Part shown: one piece after another, positions 27,128 through 39,311 of the stretch
Numbering within the stretch: position 1 is the stretch's first letter
Layout: every line of letters begins with the position of its first letter
From: Auanema rhodensis
Taxonomy: Eukaryota; Animalia; Nematoda
Assembly: GCA_964057225.1 (NCBI GenBank)
Contig: OZ059896.1
Coordinates: 17,484,001-17,548,000, forward strand
Direction: 5' to 3'
Length of the DNA: 64,000 nt
Position numbers and translations under genes: made by a program
Notes under the pieces: generated by a model
The model's input: only the letters and a program-made list of their open reading frames with translations
Told to the model about the DNA's origin: nothing
Database searches by the model: none

Positions 27128-28302
27128 CAAACGAAATCGAGACATTCAGGATTCTACAGCAAGCTCACGTATCAAATATCTGCCATGGGTAAGTATTTCG
27201 TTTTTCCGTATTTTTCTTTCATATAGCTGTGTTCCTTTTCTATTTTTCTTTCCTGAATAAAACGCTTAGTATATGCTAATATTTTGACGTGAGCAACGGG
27301 AGCTCTACAAGCTGAGTCATTTTTAGTTAATCACGCGTTCACACTGGTTGTCAATTCTAATTTCTCATAGTTTAATCACTCAATATTCATATTCCAGTAT
27401 GTCCACCAGATTATTCTGGAATCAGCTGTGATTTGCCAATTTGTAGCAATAAAGGATATATAGATATAGCGAATAAAGTTTGTATCTGTTCCAATAACTA
27501 TGCACCACCGTTTTGCAAGTCATGTCTACCAGGTATGCATATAATTCATGAACTGAAATCGTAATTACCTAATTGGTTTTAAGGTTTTTGGGGAGCCGAT
27601 TGTAACTTACGAAATATTGTACCAACAGAAGTTAGTGATATAATGCATTCAACTATTGGCGATTCAATCGTTATTGTAATAATCATCGTTCATTTCATAT
27701 GTGCTTGCCTGTTAGCATATTGGTTTGTTTTCTTCAATTTATTATTGTAAAACTCAAAATTTAATATAATTAAGGCTTTTCAAAGATTGCTCTATTCCTA
27801 AACAAGAGTATAGTGATGATCCACCAACATACGAAGAAGCTGTTAATGGTACATTCCTTACTTATTTCATTGCTTTATAGAATTTGTTGCAGGTAGTGAT
27901 GGTAGATTGTTATCCGAATATGAAATGAATCAGAAAGCTAGAGCTCAGTATCTCTTTGGATTCTTCCTATTATTCTTTGTTTCATTAAGTACTATTATGT
28001 GCGTAGCATTCTATCTCTCATATTCAAATCGTGATGAAATGTAAGCTTAATGTTTATATTTAACATGAAAATCAGATTCTTTAGGGGAATTCCATCATTT
28101 CTCGCTAGCGTCCTTGTTGGCATAAAATATGCTTTATTCTCTTTCACTACAACTTTCACGATAGGAGTGTAAGTTTATTTCTTTGAAATTGCTTGGAAGA
28201 ACATCTTTTATTTTCAGAATTATCTTATTTTATGTACAATTTGTTAGAATACTGGAGATCACAAAAACTGTTTGGATACCCAGAGTTCACAACATTTTAT
28301 AA
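27128..28302 (+). CDS. Membrane protein with an extracellular EGF-like Cys-rich region, one TM helix, a cytoplasmic PPxY motif and 2-3 further TM helices; the 5' end is uncertain (possibly ATG 27031)
   Basis: Continuous spliced frame: CPPDYSGISCDLPICSNKGYIDIANKVCICSNNYAPPFCKSCLP|GFWGADC...DSIVIVIIIVHFICACLLAYW|LFKD...DDPPTYEEAVN|GSDG...QYLFGFFLLFFVSLSTIMCVAFYL...|GIPSFLASVLVGIKYALFSFTTTFTIGV|IILFYVQFV...HNIL*. Canonical GT-AG introns join compatible phases. Confidence 0.65.
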
Positions 28303-28924
28303 AAAAATCCACTGTTAAGCATCAAAGAACCTCTAATACCCGAATAAAATAATAAAAATTATATATTCAAATAGATTTTCTTTTTACTTTCCCAAAACTT
28401 AATATTAACGAAATCATGAGTATATAGCATAATCAAATTTGAAAAACGAACTCGTTTTTCTCAGAAAGATCACTTAAATCAGATGTTTTGGTTGAATATC
28501 TATTGGAAGATGACGAGAGAATAATGATTGATTAATCAAGCATCAGATATGAACTGGGTGAGATTATCTCACAAAACATTACCCATTTTTAAATTTATAA
28601 AGTAAAAAAACCAAGTATAGGAAGGGTACAAGAGTCATAGATATAGACCATAGAGTTCCTTTAGAGTATTGGTCCACGAATATAAGAACAAATATTACTG
28701 GGGTATCGTCTGAATCGAAATAAATCCGAAAAGCTGGAAATACTAATTTTGAAAGTTTTCCGATTGAAATTGTTTTAAAGGCACAGCAATGTTATTTTGA
28801 TTTTTAAAATTTTTAATTATGCATTTTCATATATACAGACGAACATATCGTTGATACTGTGTTGTTGAGGAATGTGAGCGTTAAACTTGGACGAGTGTAC
28901 AAATAGTGAAATTATTGAATCTAA

Positions 28925-30606
28925 TTAAAACTTTTTTTCCAGGTAATCCGTGAGCTCCATGCCTACCGAGCTGAAAATTAAGCATAATATATATAACTAA
29001 GAAAATATTTCATTATAAACCTTGCAAGTTTCCTAGCATATTCAAAGGATACAACACATCTATATTTTGGCTGATCCAAATTAGCAATGGCAGATGTCCT
29101 GGCAAGCAGGCCCATCGAGACTAGAGTTGAGATCTGAATTACCAATAATAATGGTATATACTGGTATGCGAAATAGAGAATCACCTGTGCACGAACATTC
29201 AAACTGTCAGGCAAAGTTACTTTTTCGTTTTTCATGATTTCATCTGCTTGCAAACGAATAAGTACAGAATAAATAAAATAAATTCTTTGTAAATCAACCG
29301 CTTTAGGGTCATTCTAAAAACTCATGCTGAGAAAAAAATTAATAATTTAGAATAACCTCAGATAAAGCATTCCGTAATTCTTGAACCTCGTTTCTGATTT
29401 CTCGTCCATGATGCTGCAAACATATTCAAAAATCATATTCAATTTCAAAATTAAAAAGCTAATACAAACCTTGGAGAAGAATCTCTTGTCAGTATTGGGG
29501 GCGTTATGAGTAGCACAGTATGAAGAAATTAAAAGAATTCTAAAATAATTAATTTAAAATAACACAGAGTAGTAATAACTATGCGAAACCTCAAAGATAT
29601 TGGAAGATCATTTTGCTTGTTTGCTAGATGACAAAGCATTTTTTGATTCTCAACACTTTTCTGAAGAATGGAAATTGAGGAAGAATTTAAAACAAGAACC
29701 TACAAAAACTTCTGGAACTAAGTTTCTTATATTAGAATTGTCTGACATTTGATGCAGAGTTTGAATGACTGTTGTATCTATAATCGCGGGATCCAAAGTA
29801 TGTTCTTGTACAGCATGAACTACAGTAGCAGCTACGGCTTTTTCAACATGAAGTCTCTTTTGAACACCTTCAACCATCAATGCTGGATCTAGAAAAAGAA
29901 TATTTATAAATGAATATCTATAAGACTATACCTTTCATCAATGGCCAATGTAATTGAATAGGAAGAAAAGCTTCAACATACTGATCTGTTTCAAAAAGTT
30001 CCCAGCAGCGTTCACTTATTGTAACAATACGTACACGTGTATCCTACAGAAAAAATTGAATAAAAGCAAATCAGTTAGAACTTACTGCTTTTGGTAAACT
30101 TAAGATAGCTTGTCGACCATGAGAATTCAATTTCATTAACCCATCGGCATCAGTTAAAACAAACAAAAGTTGCCTATCAGGTCTATAATTACATAATGTT
30201 AGAAATTAAAGTAAAAGTGAAAAAAGTACTCTTTGTCAAGGTATTGGGTTATAGCATTACTCAATTGATCAACTGTATCAATCTTTTTTGAAGGTAAACC
30301 TATGCTTTCACATACATCATGTAAAAGAACTTTAATATTTCCATCACAATGTAAACAATTTATTTTTCCCGCCTAAAATTACTGAATGAATAAAAAAAAA
30401 TTATTCTGAACTAACTTTCCAAATATCTTTTAAAACAAAATCAGCAGCTTTACTCCATATATAATCTTCAATACCTAATAATTTAAGATAAATATATAGA
30501 TTAAGAGGTTGAACTACTAACCTGATTCAATAAGTCCGACCAAATGCACATGAGGAATGCATCTTGATCTTGAGAACACAACATTTTCTATGGCTTTAGC
30601 TCTCAT
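28925..30606 (-). CDS. orc-5: Origin recognition complex subunit 5
   Basis: The spliced translation carries ORC5 motifs in order: IPHVHLVG, KINCLHCD, QLLFVLTDAD (Walker B region), RIVTISERCWELF, FLPIQLHWP, FLISSYCATHNAPNTDKRFFSK|HHG, DPKAVDLQRII, QISTLVSMGLL...NLDQPKYRCVVSFEYARKLA|SSVGMELTDYLEKKF*. The ATG lies about 17 nt after a TTTTTAAG acceptor, with in-frame stops upstream. Confidence 0.88.
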
Positions 30607-31039
30607 ATCTTAATGTCACTAACCTTAAAAATCAATTATGAAAACAATTAACAAAAAAAATTTTCTAATTTCATTCTAATTGAATAAGGAAGTAAAATAA
30701 CTTTCGCACACAAAGCTCAAAATAATGAACTTCTTAGAAAATACTATTCAAAGAAATGAGGAATAACATGTCTAGCTCATATCATAAATAATATATACTA
30801 TTCATTGGAAGCGCAAAAAACATTCAAAACATCAAAAAACATCATCTCAAATCAAAAAGTTTTCAAAATGACTGTGTAATACTCGAATATACTATAAACA
30901 GGAGAACATGGACAAAGATATTTAAACTTACTCTTTGATTTCAAACATATAATTAACTATATTTTTAGATTTACCGAATTTTTTTTTGACTTTTTTCCAA
31001 AAGAAAGTCAAATTCAAGAAAAATTAATTAAAACTATCG

Positions 31040-31090
31040 TTTGAATAGTACCTTATCGCGCCATGCGCTTGCGACCACAGGCTACAGTAG
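31040..31090. promoter_or_regulatory. Possible orc-5 promoter element: E2F/DRM-like TATCGCGCC plus a GCGC...CTACAGTA motif
   Basis: Isolated GC-rich patch about 450 nt upstream of the orc-5 ATG. It resembles nematode E2F (TTCGCGCC) and germline-promoter CTACAGTA motifs. Inference only. Confidence 0.3.
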
Positions 31091-31412
31091 TATGAAAATT
31101 TTCTAAAACACACTGATCAGAATAACGTTTAGTCGTTTAGATTCCCGTTTTTATAAGTTAAAATTTTAAATAATACAAAATTTTTTATAATTATTCATTT
31201 ATATATAGTTGATTAGCATGTTTTAAATTTTTTGAAAGTGTGTTGTGATTAAAACAATATTTTTTTGAAAAACTCTGGAACATCCTGAGAGCTGAGATAC
31301 TTTATGATATATCAGTACTTTGTTGTTTGATTTCTTTTCATTTAAAAAAATATATATATAATATTTATTTATATTTATATAACAAATATATTAATCCTTA
31401 TTGATATTATTA

Positions 31413-33454
31413 CTAAACAGTTGTCACCGACAATATACCTGGCTTACCAACTGTACACGTATTTCGTTGACTTAAAACCTGAAAATAGAATTTAAGTTGA
31501 GTGGAAAAAGTTTAAGTTATATTTTACCTCTTGAGTTGTTACAAAGCCGTCAAATAACATATTATCTTTCTTCTTTTGCATTTTTTGTTGACACAATTGA
31601 ACAATTGTCTAAAAATGCTCATACGCGTTTAAAGAAGATGCTATTAAAATCTAACTTGGTCAGTAGCTTTTGATGCTTCTAAGAGTTTTTGTTGTTGCAT
31701 TTCTTTGCGTAGACGTTCCTTTTCCAGATGTCGTTTACGTTCATCTCGTCTATAGAAATGTCCCATCTGTAACAAATTGTGCTGGTAAAATTGAAAGAAT
31801 TAAGTGTTCCCCGACCATCAGTTCACTCTGAGCGTCATCATCTGTGCTAATTCCTGTCCTTTCTCTGATTAATTGTGCTTCTCTTTTTTTGAGAATTTGG
31901 CTTCTAATGGGTCTTTTTACAACGTATCGACTACCATCACATCTTCGTTTTACCTGAAAATGGAAAAACCAGTTAAAGAACACATACAAAGTTTCTATTT
32001 TTTTACCTTCCACTTGAATTGAACTGGCTCTTCAGCAATTTTTTGCTTAAATTGCTCTCTTTCCTGTTTTGAAACATTATTTGATGTAGTTGGTTGTTGT
32101 CCATCATCACTAAGATCAGGAATTTCTTCTATAGGTCGATCAAACATGTAAAGCTTTTCCCGTGATTTTTGTACCCGATATGATCTTAAAATTAAATTAT
32201 TCAATTTAATTAGATCTTTCAACTTACTTAGGCATTGGAACTGATTCTTCTGATATCTTTGGGTTAACAATAGTTTGCCCCTTTGTAGACTTTAATGGTT
32301 TTGTAATTTGATTTGGATCACGTAATACTATAGAAAAGGCTGGAACGCTGGAAAGCATTGCAATACTTAAGATCAAATTGTGATTAAAATTACCGAAATC
32401 GCCTGGAAAGCTCATGACTTTCTTTACGAGATTGAATGGACTTGGTTGGACTGCCCATTCGTCTAAAGCTTGTTGTTGAATTTATCTGAATACCGCGACG
32501 AAGAGGTTTAGGAGTAGGAAGTGTAGCTTGACAATATCCAGGTGTTGTTAGGTCATAGCTAGTTTGACTTATTGGCATAGCTGCTGCAGTTGATTCTAAA
32601 ATAATTAACGCTAAGTAATTTATTAGCATCACACAATGAGGACATACTAGGTTCAACAGGAAGTGATTCTTGTATTTCTGGATGATAAACTGGAATTTTA
32701 TGTAAAGAAGCTAAATTTTGTGATCTATGAATTAAGCGTGGTGATCGAGGTGTGGCAACTGTGGTGATTACTGAGCACTGTTGACATTCAGGAGATCCAT
32801 ATTCAAATCTTTAAAAAACGTGTATTAATGAATAAATGATTTGTAAAGAGATATACCTTTTCTGAGAATCTGGAGTAATGGAATTGCTTCGACAGCTTTC
32901 TCCACCCGTGTTATAAGCACTAGATGTATCTGGATTATTATGCATCGAACAGTTTTTTAAATCCTGGAAAGTAATTATAAGAAAAGGCTTCACAGCTTTT
33001 TTTCATTTTTATTTCAAAAATCGATCAGTTTGCTTAAATGTTCACAAAAATTCAGTTTTACTGGGAAAACCTCCACCTAAGTACAGAAGTTTTATGTTTT
33101 TATGAGAAGAAAGGTGGGGGTAAAAGATTGAAAACATGCAAAAAATGAGAGAAAAATGTACAAAATCGTAAAAAAAGTTTGACGATAGAAAAACGAAATA
33201 TGTATGTTACTTAACGAAAGAGTATTAGTAGCTGTTTACCACATATCAAATTTTCGTTTCAAAAAAAAATGTCCCAATGGTATTTAGTTAAACTGATCAG
33301 TTAGGCTTACCTGATTCAAGGTACTTTCAACCAAAAGATGTTTGTTGATTAGGCGATCGCATTCAAGTCGCAATGATGTCATTTCTTTGTGAAGATTGGC
33401 AAGCTTATCATCAACAACGAGATCATGTTGACCATGATACGGATTTACATTCAT
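31413..33454 (-). CDS. PDZRN3/PDZRN4/PDZD4 (Drosophila Slip1) family protein; only the conserved C-terminal modules are visible and the 5' end is uncertain
   Basis: Exons encode [36 protein letters not shown]|[24 protein letters not shown]...[37 protein letters not shown]...[10 protein letters not shown] and a terminal LSVTTV* (TAG 31413). These match the PDZRN3/4 C-terminal hallmarks (SSAYNTGESCRS, WKVK.RSDGTRYI.KRP, MTTDDDA.SE, LSVTTV-COOH). Confidence 0.85.
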
Positions 33455-36400
33455 TTTTAACTGAAACAAGAAAATAATGAATTGATCAAACAAAATAAAA
33501 TTTGAAATGATAAAAGATAATTAAGAAGAATATTAAGCAAATAAAAAAAATCCTAAATATCAGCAACGTGTGAAGGTGAGTGGCAAGAAGCTATGAGTGA
33601 AGCGACAGTTGGTCATTTGGGTAACTGAAATATCATTCATCACATAATGAAGTGCAGAAGAATGAATCAAAATAGTAAAAATTAGAATTGTGTTTGAGAT
33701 CTGAATCAGAATTAGTTAATAGAATGCTGCGTGTGTATGTATGCATGGTAGAATGGTATGTATTCCGAATGTTGTTGCAAGTTGAAATAAAGTTTTATAG
33801 CTGGTCATGATGGGCAAACGTTGAAAGTTTGATGATAATGGAAAGGTAATTAAGTCGTTAATACGAGCTACGAAAGAAAATCAGAAAAAATAACAGAATG
33901 TTCATCATTATCATCAACGTGATCATCATCAGGATTAACAGAAAGAAGCACTGGTAATAGGACTAGTGGTAGCAGAAAAAGCAATAGGAGCAGCAGCAGT
34001 AGCATCATCATTGAACATCTACTTAACATTTGATTAAATAGAAAACAATAAAATGGTCATAACAAGCTCTGAATGCTTTGTTGTGTCTTCATCTGGGCAG
34101 GCAACTGCTTTTTCACTAGAATTCTTAAAATTCTCGACTTTTCGTCAGTAATAATGAACTCGAGTATTTGGTGAAAGAACAATGTCTGTCTGAGTAAAGT
34201 ACGTGTGTGCGTGTGTGTCTGTGTGTATAGTATGTATATTGACTAAGCAAAGAGTATTTTGGTAATAAAAAGAATATAATAAGAATATATTTTTTGTGGA
34301 TTGTATACGAAAGAAATAATGAAGCTGTAAAGCTCTATTTTAATAGTTTATCGTCAAGCTTGAAAATTAGAAGCATAGCATGAAATATTGTCATGCGATA
34401 GTTGAAAAATAAGGGCTGATTTATATATGGTAATGAAGCTGAGAAATAAGCTTTAAGCTCATGGCTTGAGAATTTTAGTTACGATCTATACTTCCTGCAT
34501 TTTTTTTTGTTTGGAAGAAAAGAAGACTATGAGAGAATGTTTGATGAAGAAAAAAGTTTGTAAAAAGTTGTGTTGGATGAAGACTTTGGTTGATATGTAA
34601 AGAGTGAACGATGAAAATGTCGTCCAAAGGCTATGAACGAAAAAGGATGATGATGGACGGGTTGTGTAGAGGATATAGACTTATTGAGTTAATAATAACC
34701 ATATATGTATATATATTCATAAATACATATATGAAATATGGCCAAAATGTGAGAGATGAGGACCATTCTCATTCATCCTAATTAATCCATCTCGTACTAT
34801 GATGGGATGGTCGCGGGTTTGGCAGCATGGCTTGTCTGTATGATCATGCCAGCTGACAATTCTAGACTGTTATTATGATGATGGTGGTATTCTTGAATGA
34901 GAGAGAAGAGGCAAGGAAACAAACATGGTCAGAGAATGAGTGACCTATAGAAGACAGAACGGATTGTAAGAATATAATTGGATTAATTTATAAATAGTAA
35001 ATAAGGAAAGCATAACAAATGTGGTATGAAAAGCTGATGAAAGATAGATAGTTATGAATCAGAGATGAGCTAGTCTCTACTTGCAAAACGGGAGAGAGAG
35101 AGAGAGAGAGGAGCTTGGACGAGGGATGTAAAGAGAGGAAAAGACTTAAACAAAGACAATTACGAGACACGAAAGAGAGGGACGGACGGTGACAAAGAGA
35201 AACTGATCTCTTTACAAGCTTTAATCCTTTAGAAAAGTTATAAATTCTTCTCATCTGCCACGATAACGGAAAAGTCGCAAAATTTACGAATGGGTATTAG
35301 AGTTTTGTCTGAAGAATGCCAAACCTATACACATGTTTCAATTTATAAAAGACGATTGCGGTGTTTTGAAAAAATCTAAACAAAGAACATACAGGTGTGA
35401 AGATTGGCAATTGTTTCGTTTGGGCTGTATAGATAGAGAAGAAGATGGAGAAAACAAGACTGACATCAGAACATGCAACAGGCTGTTAGTTATGCTGTCA
35501 AAGAAAAGCAGAAATTTGTAAAAAAGCCAAAGACTACTCGAGTTCAATTTCTGAACATTATTGAGAATCGAACAGCTAGGATACATCAAGAATACAATTT
35601 CTTCGAGATTCAATTTTTACCAGTTTATGTTGACATAACAGAAGCAGCTGACTGATGGGTCGAATATCGGTGTGATTAGATTGGAAGAGATGATTATAAC
35701 TGATTGAAAAACAACTGCAAACTAGTTGAACAAGAGGTTGGAAAATAGCCGGATTGCTCAAGAAAAGCACTTCTTCTTCATATACAATGACTGGGTGAGT
35801 AGCTGACAAAACGGACAGTTGGGAGGACGAGGGTCGAGACGAGAATGGTTTTGTGAGAAAGAGCAGCAACGAGCGAAGAGGAACTAATAACACGGTAAAC
35901 ACAATTGTTAGCATGCTTGAACAAGATAATACTTTACTGGAGAAGAATGCAAGAAAGTGAAGGATTTTGAACACATTCTGTGACAAAAAGTGACCACAAA
36001 GCAAAAAGAAATAAAGTGGGGAGAAGAGGAAATATGAAGAGAGAGAGAAAGTGAGAGAAGATAATGGGTGAGGGTGGAAGGTGATAGTGCTTATGGAACG
36101 CCGGATCGTCATCTGGATATTGAGTTAAGAACATCTGAATTTGTTGGGAAAAGGGAATGCTAGCGCAAGCTAGTATGAAGAATTGAAACTAATAAATAAC
36201 TAAAACATATGAATATGCTCTACAGACATCATACTCAAAGTGTTTCACACAAATGAGGGATAGATGAAAAGACAGAAATGATAGGAAAAGTAAGATATGA
36301 GAGATAGAGTGAAAGTGAATTGAGAGGGAATGAATAAGAGAGACTAAGGGAAAGAGGGAAAAGGGAGTGGAAACGAGGATGATGCTAAAATAAAGAGGTT

Positions 36401-39311
36401 AAGATCAGGAACAGAGGAGTACGCGAATGTGAGATGTAGCGGAGGTGGACTAGCACTAATAGTTGATGATGAAGAAGAAGAAGATGGAATGGAGGAGACA
36501 AGATACGAAGGGAGGAGCACATAATACTTCGGGCTGCTCTGACAAGCCATAGACGAAATGATGGAAATGAGAATGTCATGTGCTCATGAACTGTCACTTT
36601 TACTCTAAGGAGATTAAACTTTTTGAAATTACAAAAAATTGTTGAAGTTTTTAATTGCATTGTGAGACAAATGGCAAATAGGGTACTTGGAGGAGTAGCA
36701 CGAAAGGAAGTCGGTGCTTTGTGCGTATGTGTGTGTCACGATGTACATCATTGCATGCTGGTGAGGGAAGCATGAAGAAGAACACAAACTGACCACATTG
36801 TCTTCCTTTTTAGAAATGTACGCTGAGCTTGATCATACGCACAGCTTAAATATCGGAATTTGTATTTCCCACGAGATGCATTTTTCTATCACATCTGCTG
36901 TTCATTATCGGGAAAAAAATTTGTCTTCAATACGAATTGCTGTCAGAGTTCAATGGGAAGGAAGAAAAAGAAGAAGTAAAGCAGGAAGAATACGGCATAA
37001 CATTAACACAAGCCGATTGATGAGCCTATATAGAAAGAAGAAGTATGAAAAGAAGTTGTAGTGTGATTTTGCAAGACAACCAAAAGTTAATTCCATCTTT
37101 TACGGGCTAAATACGGAAAGCACTTTTTTCTTTGTCATTCATTGTTCACTTAGTTTTAACTATTCATAGGCAAGATGTATGAACTTATTTTAAAGTTAAA
37201 GCATTATCTTCCGCCTATCCAGCATTGTAATATTTGAGTGACATGATTGAAGAGTTCATGAATTTGCTTAAATCAGGAAATTTCATCAAAATAAGCTTTG
37301 CATATTATATTTTTCATTTTATTATAAAATAGATAATAATGAATTATAGATGAATATATCCTTAATTATCACAATAAATGTAATAAAGTGAACAACGTAC
37401 TTCATCTATCTGTCGGTTAAGAGCATCATCATCTTTGACTTTCTTCATAATGATGTTCTACACAATTTCAAATGAAAATGTGATCAATTCAATACATTAA
37501 CTGTTAATGATCGTAGAACAAGATAATAAGATGTTCAAAATTTTATTTCATTCATTTCTATTCGAATTCATTTAATTGATTTTAGTCTATAAACTTTGGT
37601 GTTCAGAAAGAGATGTTCAGATGGCAACACAATCCAACCTCTGTACCCTCAGTTTGATAAAAACTGACGATCGTGTTGAGATGAAAAGACAAATGATCCA
37701 ATAACGAAATTTCATTTAAAGATTTCTCGCAACACCCTCTCTCTCTATGTGAGAAGGTGCTGTAACAATTTCAGAATTCGCAGACGGCAAATGTTCTATA
37801 CTTTTGCCATTTATTAAAATATTTTTCAACAAAAAAAAAAGAAGTTTCTCTGACATTTTACTTGAAATTTTGAAGTTCGTGTTATATTCAAACATTATAT
37901 CAACAAAATAAATAAATAGATTATAATGAATGTTGTTTTCTACTAGATATCAAACAAAGTCTTTCATCAGCTTGACATCCAATGACGTTCAAATCTCTTC
38001 AGCTCTTAAAACTTCAAAATTTTTTATTATGAGTCAATGTTAGTTTGAAAAAAAAGAGGATTAATACTAATTAACAGATGAAAGAATTCTTTTTCATCTT
38101 GTTTTCGAACATTTATTATATTATATAAATATTTAAATAAACTTTACAAAAAGAAAACAAATTTATATTATATGTATTTTTATTATTCAAAATTTTGTAT
38201 ATTATATTCAATTTTGTCGAACTTCAACATTTCAATTTTAGAATATTATTTGAAGAACATGAAAAATGAAAATCAGCGCTAATTGGTTTTTTTAATAGTT
38301 ATGTAATGCATGTCAATTTGTTTTTCTTAAATTTCAAAACCCAAATACATAGTTTTAGTAATTCAATATTATTTGTTATATTATATATAATTTTATAATA
38401 AGAGGACCATGTGCTAAGCACAATTAATTTTCTTTTTTTTTCTTTTTAAACAAAAAAAAAGAATAATTGGAATAGGTCTGACCTTTGATTTGCATGATTG
38501 GAGAAATAAATTGATGAAAAAATAGTTTTAAACGAGAACATATAACAACATGAATTCTATAAATATAAGAATTGAATATCTATGAACATATGATGTAAAT
38601 TTTGTTTTTAAATTAAAATATATGTATATAAGAATATAATATCAATTAAATAATAATTAATTGATGTAAAATTTAATGAAGACAAGGTGAGAGAAAGATA
38701 CATTGATTAGTGCATGTGATTTAAAATGTAATCAGATTTCATTTATCTTTAAGCTTATCTTGACTAATATCAAAAATCATTTCATTTTACATCATCTTCT
38801 GTGTCTCTTGAAACATCTGTGAAGAGATAATGTGCAATAACCGGAAGATATTCGAGTAAGTTGCATAAATGCCAGAAGAAGTGTTAGGATAGACAACCAT
38901 CCCATAGGCATTCGAATTGTGATTTATGAATAATAATAATTAATAAAGTTATATATATATATATAACAATTAATAAAAAAAACAAAATAATTAAATAAAA
39001 TAAGATTTATTATTTTTTTGTATTTCAAACTACAACAAACATAAAAACAGTATTGATGAAAAAAAAGAAAACCCGTAATCATTGAATAAACAAAGAAAAA
39101 GCTATACTATTACATGTGCAACCGGGATAATTAAGTTAAGATTTCAGAAATTATTATAATTCTTTAGTGTTTTTTATACATATTATCTTAAATACATTTC
39201 TTTTTTAAAGCAACTTGCATAATACTCTCAAAATATGAAAAATGACGAGATTGAACAGATGAAAAAATTTCGAAAAAAAACTAAAATTTTCAGGAAAAAT
39301 AATACAAACAC

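Noticed and set aside
35576-36112. 178-aa minus-strand ORF and neighbouring ORFs at 35-37 kb
   Set aside because: Low-complexity F/L/S-rich translation of pyrimidine tracts. No domain, and no credible splice link to the PDZRN-like gene.
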